A stretch of 63,036 bases of DNA, filler included, from Vannella sp. (taxonomy: Eukaryota), in the NCBI GenBank assembly GCA_023345925.1. It is 6 parts of 6 records of this genome, joined end to end, with 100 filler letters (N's around TTAATTAATTAA, not from the genome) between each part and the next. Parts side by side here need not be neighbours in the genome. Positions count along the whole stretch, not along the records: positions 38,864 to 48,766 come from JAJQQN010000208.1; positions 48,867 to 58,229 come from JAJQQN010000906.1; 4 more parts are not named here. One strand, written 5' to 3'. Within the stretch, counting starts at the first letter, position 1, and each line of letters opens with the position of its first letter. Shown one piece after another: positions 44,062-55,846 of this stretch. A program made the translations under genes and the position numbers. The notes below the pieces were generated by a model. That model ran no database searches, was not told the DNA's origin, and was given only the letters and a program-made list of their open reading frames with translations.

Positions 44062-47000
44062 ATGAGCATCATACTCTCCCCACGCAGCCACAAGGAGGTC
44101 AAGAGAGACTCCAAGAGGGCAGGGGAGGAATGGGTTAAGGAGCTCTCCTTTGCTGTAGTGGACGCCTTTGTGGGAGAAAACGAGGAAGGGATGACTCCTT
44201 TGCCCTTCCAGGAGTATCTGTTGGCGACGCAGTTGACGGACACCATCTTACATGAACGTTTCGTTCGTCTGACAAGGCCTTCGTTGAGGGAGGAGGTCAC
44301 AAAGGACCATCCTATCAAAGGTGTCCAAGGGACCGTCCATTTCCACAGCCTGGCGGGACTCTTTGACCGTCTTCTCGCTCTTAAGTAGGGAACTAGTGTA
44401 TGCCCAGATAGAGAGCTAACTGAACTGGCTAGGCTTGAGAGTTTAGACCTGCTTATCATCTGTTTCAGCATTACTTCGCAATCTTCCTTGTCTGCTGCGA
44501 TGAGATGGCTTCCAGTCATCCTCAAAGCTACACCATCTCTTCCAATACTCCTGGTAGGACTCCAGCTGTCACCTGCAGTCTCCCTGATCTAACATGGCAG
44601 CCCAAAGGTTGGAGATCACGTAGAACAGCGAATCACAGGCTCTCCTCAGCCTGGCTTTGTACAAATGGAAGAAGTAAGGCTCCATCTCTCTCTTATCACT
44701 GCGTGTGGACTCAAAGGGGCCAAAAGGGGAGAGAATCAGCAAGGAAGATGGCCGCCTACGACTACCTGGAGGTCAGCACCACTCAATTCACCGGAATCTT
44801 ACCACTCTTGGACTTTGCTATCAACTATGCACTTCAAGGACGTGCGAGACAGCTGCCTGACTACTCCATGACCGAAAAAAAGGCGAAAAGAGCCTTTCAG
44901 GAAGCTATTTCTCTCTTCTACAGCTATCCAAGTGCCGATACGGAGCAGAACTTCCTCAAGTTACTCAAGAGGAACACTTCTAAGCAGCAGAAAACGAGCA
45001 GAGTGGACTTATCTGGTCTCAATTTGACGGAGGAACGAATTGACTTTCTCTTCTCTGACCATAATCTCAAGTCCTTGTGTTCCCAAGACGGGATAGAACT
45101 GGACTTATCGCTGAATCGACTTTGCTGCATCCCCCAGCAAGTCATTCAGAACCTTAACAAGATTATTTGGCTTTCTGTGGAGGGGAATCAAATTCACAGC
45201 CTTCCGGTGCAGTTAGTTGACTTGGAAGTATTCAAATGGAGAGGAAATCCTCTCTCATCCATTCCATCTTCATTTCGAGAGGACCACGATAACTGGGAAC
45301 GAGTGCGTTGGTATCTCAGCAGTATTTCTCTGGGCTCTGCCCCTTGGACTGAGGCGAAGATACTTCTTGTTGGAGAGGAAGGAGTCGGTAAATCTACACT
45401 CCTAAAGTGCCTCCAGTCTCCCAAGAACAAAACAGACACGAAGGAAAACCTGTCAACTAACGGCATCCAAGTCAGCCGCTCCATGGAACTCGATGCAAGT
45501 AGTCCTGTCCGGTTCAATGTTTGGGATTTAGGAGGGCAGGAGGTATTCTACCCCACCCATCAGTTCTTTTTGACATCCAATAGCATCTATCTCCTGCTTT
45601 TCGACCTTTCTTCGCCCTCCAAATCCAACGCTCGGATGGAGTATTGGATGCAGCTGATTCGGTCGTTATCGCAGAACAGTCGGCGGGCTCCCATCTTTAT
45701 TGTTGGCACTCATGCAGATAATCCTTCTCTAACGGACGCAAAGATATCTGCTCGGTTGAACGAAGTGGCGAAACACTTCCGACCTGCCACTTATCGGGGG
45801 ATGCAGACAATCCATTCTATTTCGTGCAAGAATGGACAAGGAATGAGCGAGCTTAAGGAGCGCATCAGTGCCTTGACACAAGAGTCCTGGTTCCAGCAAT
45901 GTGTTGCTCTCTCGTGGCATCACCTGCATGAGCTTATCTCAACAAAGAGGGAAGGTGGAATCGATAGGGTCTCGTGGGCAGTCTATTCTGGTTGGGCAGA
46001 GCAAGTAGGAGTCCCAGCAGTCGAGCTAAGAGCTTGCACCACCTTCCTCAACGACGTCGGAAGTATAATCTACTTTGAAGGGAAGCATAGCTCCCCTTCC
46101 GTCCTGGTCATTCTCAATCCGCAGTGGCTAGCTGATGTAATGTCCAGCTTAATAACTTTCCGCCACAAGTGGATCAAAGAAGGTCGCATCTTCGAAGATG
46201 ACTTGCGCCTTCATGTCCTTTCAGAATTTCCACAAGAGACGCACGACGAGCTTATTGGACTATTTGAGAAGTTCTCGGTCATTTATCGAAGCAAAGTGGA
46301 GGGGCGAAGCGTTGTTATCGTTCCATGCTTATTGAATGCACAATTGGACAGCTCACAAAAAGTGATTGCGGATTCTCTGTGGCCAAGCGTGATTGCACCG
46401 GGAGAAGTGTGTTATGGGCGAATCTATGCATTCCCGTTCATTCCTGTGGGCTTTTTGGAGAAGATTATCGTTCGGGTGATCCGCTCGCCTTCTCTGTCTC
46501 CTCATATTCTCTGGCGCAATGGGCTGCTAGCTACATTTGATAATCAAGTGGTTCGCCTGGAGTTTGAACAGGAGCGGAACGTGTTCTCGATTCTAGTTCG
46601 CGAACCTGTGGCTGAAGGTAACTTCTCACAGCGTTCCTTGGCATTAAGAGAGATCACAGATGCCGTGGAAACGCTACTTGAGTGTTTCTTTCGGATGGAG
46701 ATTGAGCGGCTGATTCCTTGTAGTCACTGTCTCACTGCTAACGAGAGCATGCCGACCCTCTTTCATTATCAGAGAGTGATTGAAGCAACAACTCAAGGAA
46801 CACTCCAGTGTCACGGAAAAGAAATCACGCTGGTCCAGCTAGCTCCAGATATTGCTTTTGCTGACATGGTTATCATTCCTCCCTCCCAAATCGTTTTGGG
46901 AGCGAAAATCGGAGAAGGTGGGTTTGGAACTGTGTACTTGGGGACGTTTAATGGCATCCAAGTGGCAGTGAAAGAGCTTCTCCCTAAAGAAGAGGAAAAC

Positions 47001-47882
47001 GCATCTGAATTGTTCCAAAGTTTCCAACAAGAAGCGTTCTTGATGAGCTGTCTTGACCATCCTAATCTGGTCAAGTTGTTTGGTATTAGCACGCATCCAC
47101 GGCTCCGTATGGTCTTAGAGCTTGTCCCTTGTGGAGACCTCTTTGACTTTCTTCACCCGAAGGGCCCTTCTGGTGAAAGAGGGCAGATCTCCCGTTTCCA
47201 TTTGCGTTGGGAGCTTCGTCTCCGGTTGGCATTTGACATTGCAAGAGGAATGCTTTATCTTCAGAGCTTTAACCCTCCCATCGTCCATCGAGACTTGCGC
47301 TCTCCCAATATCTTCCTTTCTTCTCTCAACCCACAGAGCGATGTTTGCGCAAAAGTAGCAGACTTTGGACTATCCCGGATGGTGGCACCGGATTTAGGGG
47401 GTGCATTGGGGACCTGGCAGTGGCTAGCACCTGAAGTATTCAACGCCAGCGGCAATGATCGATACGATGAACGAGCTGATTGCTTTAGCTTCGCTATTGT
47501 GTGTTGGGAGTTAGCTTCTCGTGAATTTCCTTACTCTGAGTTCGAGCGCAACCCAAAGTACTCTTCCATTCAGCCAGATGGATCCTGGCAAGTCAACCTT
47601 TTCAGTCTGAAGCAAGCCATCTCGGATGGTCTCCGACCAAGCTTCCCCCCTGAAAACGAAAAGGTCCCTCCTGCATTTGAAGCTCTGATTAAGCGCTGTT
47701 GGGACGGTAACCCGAAGAAGAGACCCGCTTTCCCTGAGATTGTAGCGGAGATCCGGACGATGATAGACTCTGCTTATCTTCCACCTCTCCACCAAATGGG
47801 CATCAACACACTCCCGATTCTCCAATACGGTTTACGAAGGCTTGGAGGATTGGTCAGGTTCTTTGGGAAGAAAGACGTTTAA
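44062..47882 (+). CDS. Roco protein: degenerate Rho-like domain - LRR - Roc - COR - TKL kinase (5' start approximate)
   Basis: Roc GEEGVGKST, WDLGGQ, VGTHAD; COR LNPQWLADVM; kinase IGEGGFG, VAVK, HRDLRSPN, DFG, APE; upstream exons splice into Rho-like sequence. Confidence 0.88.
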
Positions 47883-47935
47883 ATACCCTTTATCACTTGA
47901 ACCGCAGGAAAGGGAGAAAAGGAGGCTCTGCTTGA

Positions 47936-48766
47936 TTAGAGGGAGCGAGTCCGACGGTGAATGTTAACAATTCGACTGTTTGGGAGGTCCCACATGAGTT
48001 GGTGGCGTCCATCAGCTTCGTATGCCAGAGAATGTCCGTCATATATGACCAGTTTGGGTCGGGCAGTGCGGAGGTTAGTGACGCAGGAGGCGGAAGATAT
48101 CATGCACCTTCGGATATCAAAGTACTCCAGTTCTGGTAGGACGTCTGGATTGTCTGCTATCGTTTGAATAACGCTATCAGTGACTGCACGGGTTTGCTTA
48201 ACACAGAGGAATCGACAAGCTGACAGATGCTTGAGGATCACAAGAATGCCTTCAGTGGTCAGATGAGTGCATCGATGCAAGGAGAGTTCTTCTAATTGAG
48301 AGCGTTCCAAGATACGGTGCAACGCAAAATCTCCAATGGAAGAAGGGAGCTCCACTCTCGTTATACGAGAAGGAACCATTGAAATGAGAGCTTCGTCGGA
48401 AAGGTTGGTTTGCCCCAAATTGAGTTCTTCCAAAGCTTTGCAAGAACGAGTGAGTTTGATGAACCCAGCGCTTGTGATTCCAGTCCGATACAAGCTGAGA
48501 CCGCGTATTTGAGAAGGGAGATGTTCGCAGATGGCATCAATGATTCTATCAGAAAAGCAGAATTGCTTCTGTTGCTCCCAACGACCGAGATGCAACGAAA
48601 GTAACCTGGGCAAGACCGCTAAGAGAGCGATAACTGTACTTTCAGTGAACCTGCCCTTGTACAGTGAGAGGCGTTCTAACTGGCTGAAGGAAGAAGGTCT
48701 ACTTTTGATGAGAGTCAAGAAAAGCTTGTCGTCAACACTCGCGCAATCCTCCAGAATCAAGCTTCT
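47936..48766 (-). CDS. Cys-containing LRR (AMN1/FBXL-type) protein, 5' truncated
   Basis: LxxLxLxxCxxLTDxG-type repeats: LEELNLGQTNLSDEAL, LEELSLHRCTHLTTEGI. Confidence 0.75.
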   Translation of the reverse strand, partial: RSLILEDCASVDDKLFLTLIKSRPSSFSQLERLSLYKGRFTESTVIALLAVLPRLLSLHLGRWEQQKQFCFSDRIIDAICEHLPSQIRGLSLYRTGITSAGFIKLTRSCKALEELNLGQTNLSDEALISMVPSRITRVELPSSIGDFALHRILERSQLEELSLHRCTHLTTEGILVILKHLSACRFLCVKQTRAVTDSVIQTIADNPDVLPELEYFDIRRCMISSASCVTNLRTARPKLVIYDGHSLAYEADGRHQLMWDLPNSRIVNIHRRTRSL

Positions 48767-48866
48767 NNNNNNNNNNNNNNNNNNNNNNNNNNNNNNNNNN
48801 NNNNNNNNNNTTAATTAATTAANNNNNNNNNNNNNNNNNNNNNNNNNNNNNNNNNNNNNNNNNNNN
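48767..48866. other. Artificial contig linker
   Basis: 44 N + TTAATTAATTAA + 44 N. Confidence 0.97.
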
Positions 48867-50868
48867 GGAAGGAAAGCGGTGGAAGCTTCGGACAAGCGCG
48901 TTGGTTGTGGCGACCATTCTCATCGTTCTCTCCATTCTCTTTGAGCTTTGCAAGGAGCATGTGGAAGAGACCACTTCAGAAGAGCTGAAACCCGTCGTTG
49001 AGCACCTGTTTGGAGGTAAACCTCTCCCTCCTAGATCTGCGGGTTGTGGCTTGCTCTAACGCCTACTAGAACTGACCGTACTGGGCTTCCTCAGTCTGTT
49101 AACCTTCCTCTTTGTCCAGGTAGGCTCGCATACAGGGAACCCCATCTCCGTCCGTATCTTTGGAGAGAGTGAAGACGAACTTCTTTCCGAGCTGATTGAG
49201 TGGATTCACATGTCCATCTTCGCCATTCTCGTCATTTTCATCATCCAAGTTGTTCTCCTCATCCGTCTTGGAGAAAGGGAGAAGTGCCGTTGGATCTACG
49301 CTGAGGAAGCGGTAAAGTTCAATCGCGATGGGCTCTTTGCGACGTACCAAACTGAGCTTCTCGCTCGTGAAGAGCAGAAGCGCAGACACCTTTGGAAGTT
49401 CCTTCCCTTCCTCAACCCAGCCTCTCGGATGGAAGACGACTTTAACTACTTTGCCATTCGGCGGGAATTCATCAACCCGCGGGATACTACCCACTCACCA
49501 CTGCCCCGGGACTTTGACTTGTCCAAGTACCTTTCTATCTGCATGGGAGAAGTCCTCGCTGAGATTGTAGAGATCACCCCGAGGACTTGGCTGTGTTTAG
49601 AAGTGTTCTTCGTTGGAGTGTATTTTGCCAGTTATGCTCCTTACCATATCCTCATCACTCTCTTCTTCTCCTTTGGTTTTGTTCTGTTGGCGTGGATCCT
49701 CGCTATCTCAATTAAGATGACCCGAATTAAGAATAAGCTCGTTCCCCGACTTGCTGTGAGAACCTCCATTAACGAGCAGACCGGCCTTTTGGAGCCGAAG
49801 CAGTTTGAGGACCCACTGTTTCTCTCTGAGAGACTGGTCCGCAGAACAGCGCTCGGAAAGATGATCTTTGGACCTCCCGCAAACAAACACGAGCGCCTTT
49901 TCTGGTTTGATTCCAAAGGGCCAGAACTTGTCGTCTTCCAGATCCGCTTGATTGTCCTCTTATGTGCTATCTACATCAGTGCATTGGTTTTAATCTGTGC
50001 AACGTACGTTTGAACAACGCACGGAAGGTACTAACAAGTAACTCTTTGTAGGCCCCGAGAATGGTGGTACATAGCAGTGTATATCCCTGTTGGTCTTTTT
50101 CCCATTGCCCTTGTTGGATTCAAGTACACTCCTCGTGTACTCCGCGTGTACGTAGATCTTTGAGTATCTCGGAACTAACATTCCTTGTCCAGTTTGGTTC
50201 TCACTGCCAACATCGAAATGCTGAAGAACCATGAGGTCATTGCAAAGGTTCTACGAACTCAGCGAACTGCTAGAAGCTTGCAAACTCTGAAAGTCATTCA
50301 ACTAATGAAGTTCAAGACAAGACGAGCACCTAAAGAAGAAATGGATGAAGAGGATGCAAAAGCAAGTCCTGTTGCCTGCATGGCAGCCGCTCTCTCTCCA
50401 GAGAAGAAAGCTTCTCTTCAGGAGGTTTTCGATCTCTTTGATGCGGATAAGTCCGGAAACATCTCAGTGACAGAGCTGATGAGTGTCTTCCACTCTCTCG
50501 GACAACACATCACGGAAGTGGAAGCATACGAGCTAATCCATCAACTCGACCAAGATGGAGACGGCGAGCTTTCTTTCGACGAGTTCTGCGAATACTTCCA
50601 AGAATGCGCTCAAGACGGTGATGAAGATCCAGAGGAGTCCATCAAGAGCATGTTCACTATCTTCGATAATGACCAAAGCGGGGAAATTTCCACTTCCGAA
50701 TTCATTGCCGTTCTCCAAAAGCTTGGATCTCAATTGACCTCTGAAGACATTCAAGCCATTGTTGAGGAAGTAGATGACAATGGTGATGGCATGGTCAGTC
50801 TTGAAGAGTTCAGCAATCTTATCCGCCGTCATCTCCTCGAGCAGAAACGAAAATGCTCTCGAAAGTAA
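48867..50868 (+). CDS. MLO-family membrane protein fused to four EF-hands (5' truncated)
   Basis: LSILFE..ELTVLGFLSLL, IHMSIF, FDLSKYL, LFWF..PELV MLO motifs; DADKSGNIS, DQDGDGELS, DNDQSGEIS, DDNGDGMVS loops. Confidence 0.75.
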
Positions 50869-50909
50869 AAGGGAAGGAAGATAAACCTATTTAGGTAGCC
50901 ACTGCGGTT

Positions 50910-52218
50910 CTAGACCTTTCGGGGCTTCTTAATTGGGGGCGCGTTTTCGTCCTGTACCTTGTTGGAACCTTCTTTGTGCTGCCTTTGATCCCGATTGGGT
51001 TTGGTGCGTGGTCCAAGAGCGAATTCGGAGTCTCCTGTGTAGCCCTGATACAAATGGGTGGCCTTATCAAAAAGATAAAGGTTTCCATTCTCGTTGTAGC
51101 CCACAAGTAGATCTGTCCCAGCCAAAGAAGAGAGTCCAGTCCATCGAGAATCTCCCCGGAAGTTGCTTTTGGTGTCCACCGTCATCCCCTCCCGCTTATC
51201 CATACTACATCGCCATCTACCGCAAACTAACTGCCATCAATGTGAGAAATGCTCCAGAAAAGTGGACAAGAGTGTACCTCAGAGTCCATTCCTGCAACAA
51301 AAGCCAATTCATCTGACATCTCGGAGAAGAGAATCGAAGTTACCTTGATTTGTGGTCAGATTACAAAGTATGGAACTCTCCTCAAAGGACTTACATCAAA
51401 TTTGAGGCAATTGGTCCACCGGGACTGGAACTTCCACTTCCGGGTGTCCATCACTTCGACTGTCCTGCAGTTCCCGCCCACCGCTATTTTATGGTTGGAT
51501 GTAGCAGAAGCATACAACCAGCTTGAGGTAGCCTTGTAGAGATTAGTAAACGCATTATTGCAGGAGATTCTCGTACCGGCATCCTTTCGGTGCACGCATT
51601 CTTCCCCCGCAAGTCCCACAGACACACTTGATTGTACTCTGTTGTGATGAAAGTAGAGCTTCCTCCTTCTGTGGAGGTGATAGAAGTGGGATAGAACACA
51701 CTGCAGAGTTCTCTGAGCTGTTGTCCAGTTTGTAGGTCAGTTTGAACCAAAGACTTGGCAGATTGATGCACACTGATGATTTGGTGCTCTGAGGGATCTA
51801 ATAGACCCCCTGCCCAAGACACTGATCGGTTCTGAGAGGCTGGGAACTCACGAACAAGTCCAGATACATCACAAAAGAGGGATTCGCCCAAACCGTTCCA
51901 AGCGACAAGTTTCCACGAGTCTCTGCCTTGATCCGCGACAATAAGTGACTCTATATCAACCTGAGATGAAAAGGAAGCGATCAAGTTTGTCTGAGCAGCC
52001 ACAAAGCCAGGCTGGAGTCGGAACGGCTTCCCCTCCAATGCGGAAAGAGTCGCCATCTGCTCCGGCAGTCTCACCACGAACACAGAAGGTCCCTCCGCCA
52101 CAGCCACCACACTTTCCTTTCCATCCAGATACAAAAAGGCTGCTTTACACGACTGAACAGCCCCTGGAGAGCGTCTCCCAGTCGCTGCCGCAAACACCGA
52201 CAACCTGCAGCGCTCCAT
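50910..52218 (-). CDS. WD40-repeat protein
   Basis: VCLWDLR, VEVMDTRKW, GNLYLFD repeats over three exons; basic tail. Confidence 0.65.
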
Positions 52219-52304
52219 CAAATGGACCTTTTATGAAAAAGACACAAATTGATTATAAGCTGGAAAAAGTAGACTTCAGAGATCAAAAGGTCCACTTCCT
52301 TGGA

Positions 52305-52340
52305 CATTTCCCTCATTTCCCTCATTTCCCTCATTTCCCT
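52305..52340. repeat. 9-bp tandem repeat (catttccct)x4
   Basis: Four consecutive copies between methyltransferase stop and WD40 start. Confidence 0.85.
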
Positions 52341-52365
52341 TCGGGCTGTGGAGCTTTGTTGTTGT

Positions 52366-53073
52366 TTATTCCTTTGGGAGAGGAGAACGTGCCTCCCATA
52401 AGCTCATGCAGCCCACCTTTTCGACCTTGACATCTGCAAAGGTCTGGTGCAAGACCTCGACCAAGTCAGAGTGGCGATCTCGCTGGTTGTTGAGAGCACC
52501 AAGAGAGTGGGAGACCTTCAACACAGCCTTGGCGAATGGGTTGAGAGGGGTGTCTACGGGTGTGACACAGGCCCCAAAGACCACACCTCCAGGGTTCAAC
52601 ACCGCAGCAGAGTTGCGGAGCACGTCAGCCTTCTCATGATGGCTTCCAGGGATGCAATGGAGTAGGTGGAACAAGCCAATCGAGTCAAATCGCCCTTCCA
52701 CAGGGAAGGGGAGAAGAGCATCTCCCACCACCTCGGACACAGCATACCGGCGCAATCTATGAGCAGCAAAGCGGGTAGAGTTGGGATTCAGATCCATTAA
52801 CACGATCTCAGGTCGAGGAATGGGCCACACTGCGTGATCAAGAAAGTATCCGCTCGCCACCCCCACATCCAGATGGCGCTTGCCAACACAGCGATCGTAC
52901 AAAGCATGCTCCTTCTCCAGAGGACAACCCCATGCTCCCTGCACTACCAGCTTAAGCACTGCCAGATCATACAGCGGTAAAGTCAAGGCTCCATAGTACC
53001 TCGCACCTGCGCTGATGGGCGCCGCCATCATGAAATGACTTGACTGCTCCTCCGCGCTCTGCCATTGGTTCAT
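52366..53073 (-). CDS. Class I SAM-dependent methyltransferase, intronless
   Basis: LYD..V..AWGCP, HLDVGVASGYFL motif I, LMDLNPNS, LFHLLHCIPG, LNPGGVVFG. Confidence 0.85.
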   Translation of the reverse strand: MNQWQSAEEQSSHFMMAAPISAGARYYGALTLPLYDLAVLKLVVQGAWGCPLEKEHALYDRCVGKRHLDVGVASGYFLDHAVWPIPRPEIVLMDLNPNSTRFAAHRLRRYAVSEVVGDALLPFPVEGRFDSIGLFHLLHCIPGSHHEKADVLRNSAAVLNPGGVVFGACVTPVDTPLNPFAKAVLKVSHSLGALNNQRDRHSDLVEVLHQTFADVKVEKVGCMSLWEARSPLPKE

Positions 53074-53084
53074 GCCTTGCTCGT

Positions 53085-53908
53085 TTATCTCGTGCGATAG
53101 GAAGAGAACTGTGCATGTTCACTCGCCTTTCGAAGATCGTCCAGGATGAGTGTGCCAATGGCATTGGTCCCTGCTGTTCCCTCTTCCGCTCTTTCTGTGA
53201 TCTTCAACTCGTATGTGATCTCCTTCCACACTTGGGATCTCTCTACTTCCTGTGAAGGCCATAAGTGATCATTCTGCAACGATCAAGGAGACTCGTGCCT
53301 GGTATCCGAGTGCCTTGCTGAACAGAGACAGCGAAGGGGCATTGTTCATGGAGATCTTGGCCTGGAACTTACGCAGATTCAAGTGCTGGGCTCCGTAGGA
53401 CATCATTAGAAGGAGGCTGACCGAAGGTAAGCAGATTGTAGGGAGAAACAGAGAATGTACCTCTCCTTTCCCACCCCTTTGCCTCTGGCACTTTCCTCAG
53501 CCACCATCACCTGGATTTCTGCGTGTTGGTTATCTTCGTGGTCGTTTAGGAAGAGGTTGACGTCGCCAATGATGGTCTGTAAGGAAGGATCGGAAGGATC
53601 TGCCAAAATGAAAGTGCATTCTGCTCTCTTTGAGACCCTAAGTTGCACTTCTAGGCATCTTTGACCTACTCTTATCATCATTAGCCCAATCCTGTTGCAT
53701 TAGAATCTCCTCTTCCATGGAGAGTGGCTCAGAAGCGGTCATTTCTGTCTTTTCTGTCAACCCAGCACACACAGGCTATAGCCGACTCGGACTGACCTTG
53801 CAAGAAGGGGCTCTTCATCCATTCATGATACCTCTCCACGTGCTCCTCACAATAGGGAATAAGAACAACAGAAGTCCCCCAAATGCAAACGTCCTCGTTC
53901 TTCCTCAT
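53085..53908 (-). CDS. NAT9: GNAT N-acetyltransferase 9
   Basis: VLIPY..HVERYHEWM, TASEPLS.EEE..MQQDW..D.K.KCTFI, IGDVNLFL, ARGKGVGKE. Confidence 0.9.
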
Positions 53909-54200
53909 CTGCTGATTGAATCAGCAAATTAATGAGAAAGGCAGGCAAAGAGGGAATTTTATGAGTAATAAAAAACATTTGAAAGATGCGAAAATTGGGC
54001 AGTTCTGTCATTTCTTTGCCCTCCTTCTTGCAGTAAGTGCGCAGAGGTGGTCGGTGATCCTGCTTGGTTGTGATGAACGAAACTGCGTTATCTTCCTGAG
54101 ACGAAAGTCAGTGAAGACGCTGTTAGCACAAACTGACACCAGCGACCTATCCACCTTTGTTGGCCATTTCTCATACTCACCCTCTATTCAGCTCCCTCTT

Positions 54201-54430
54201 ATGCTCACCCGCGCGTCATTAGCTGCGTGGAGTAACTGGAAGATCGCTGGCTTCTTCTTTGTGTTTGGAGGAGGGCTTGAGCTCTTCATGATCAAGACTG
54301 GCTTCTGTAAGTCAGATGCTTTCTTTCGAAACACCTTCCCGAACTCACCTTATTAGATGAGGTTGCGGTTCGTAATGAGTTGGAAAGGAGAGCTTCTTCT
54401 ATGCATTTCGAAGATGATGATGACCTTTGA
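54201..54430 (+). CDS. Small single-pass mitochondrial protein, SMIM4/UQCC5-like
   Basis: FFFVFGGGLELFMIKTGF|YEV across one GT-AG intron. Confidence 0.6.
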
Positions 54431-54495
54431 GACTTCCACTCTCCACCTTGTAGATACAGCATGTATGTGTGTATAAACGATGTATTTTAGTATCT

Positions 54496-55804
54496 TTAAC
54501 CTGTTAACTGGTCCTTTGGGCCCAAGCGAAGGACCATCTTCCGATCAGGACGTTCAAGGGCTTGCGTGTGTGCCTCGCCCACCCTCTCAAGGGGGAACAA
54601 GCAAGTCGCGTCAAGGAAGCACTGGAGGTTTCCTTCCTCCAGCAAGCGCATAAGATCCTCCAGCAGGTCTTTTGAGTGTGAGGACGGATCGAGTACTCTC
54701 GTTCACTTACGAAGAAGTCGGCCTTGCTGGGTTCCACTGGAGAGATAATCGTGATCAAACAAGAACGCCACTCTCCCCGTCTTGAGAAGGAGAAGATCAC
54801 TCGCAGGAGGGTCAATCTGGAGGGATCAGTTGTTGATCGCTAAGATGGCCGTCGTACCTGCAAGGGACGACCCGTCACAAGTGTTCCAAATGGAGCCAGG
54901 CACTGAAGGAGAGTGGTGATGGGAAGATAACCGCTATCATGAGCCTCGCTACTGAGAAAGGACGCAGTTGGGGGGCCTTCCAGGAGGATATCCACTCCCA
55001 GCCCTGATGTGAGGAGCATGACCAAGTCAACCACCTCCGAGTCGTTTTCGTAGCTGATTGTTTCGACTAGATCGTGGCGCGGATGCACCAGAGGCTCTCC
55101 TGATGCCTCAACGAGTGCTATCACCCGCATTCCTCGTGCTACAGCCACTTGCATGGCTATTCGTTGCTCAAAGAGATGACTCTTATGAACGAGAACGCAA
55201 TCTCCTGCTCTGCTATTGCACAGAAGCTGGAAGGTGACTTGGGCTCGCATTCCCGCCGACAAACATCCTACCGCTTGCTCCCAAGACAAGTGAGGGGGCT
55301 TAGATACTAAAGAGTGATGCCTAATGAGTCTACGTAACGCTCAAAAGGCCACAAAAGCCTACCTGCGAAGTACTCTTCCAGTATCAACTCTTCTCGGTAT
55401 GCGCCGTCGTGGCCAAGAGGTAGGAGGGCTATCAGGGACCCCAGTTACATCAATGATGTATAAGATGGAGAAAGAAGCGCTCACCAACGAGAGAGTCCCC
55501 CACTGTGAAGCGAGTCACCTCCCGCCCCACTTCCAGTACTTCTCCAGCACATTCAAAGCCCAGGACACAAGGTAAAGTCACTCCTCTCTCTTGAAACAGC
55601 CCCCTCCGTACCCGAAGATCGGTGGGGGTGACACCACATGCCCTCACAGCTACCCTCAATTGAAAAGGTCCCAAACCTTCCTTGCTTGGCTCCTACCACA
55701 CCTTCTCAGCCTCCCCAATCACTCTCCAAGGAGTTCCTTACGGCTTTAAGAGTGAAGCAGCCATCATCCCCACCGTACTCCGTCACAAGGACGTGCAAAG
55801 GCAT
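54496..55804 (-). CDS. CRYZL1: Quinone oxidoreductase-like protein 1 (MDR family)
   Basis: LGFECAGEVLEVG..F.VGD; spliced LQIDPPASDLLLLKTGRVAFLFD..QQGRLL matches CRYZL1 C-terminal pattern. Confidence 0.7.
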
Positions 55805-55846
55805 CAAAGTGCTAAAGAATGGCCTCCAAAGGGGCCAGCAGGTATT

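Noticed and set aside
52305..52340. catttccct repeat as a telomere
   Set aside because: Only four internal copies between genes, not at a contig end
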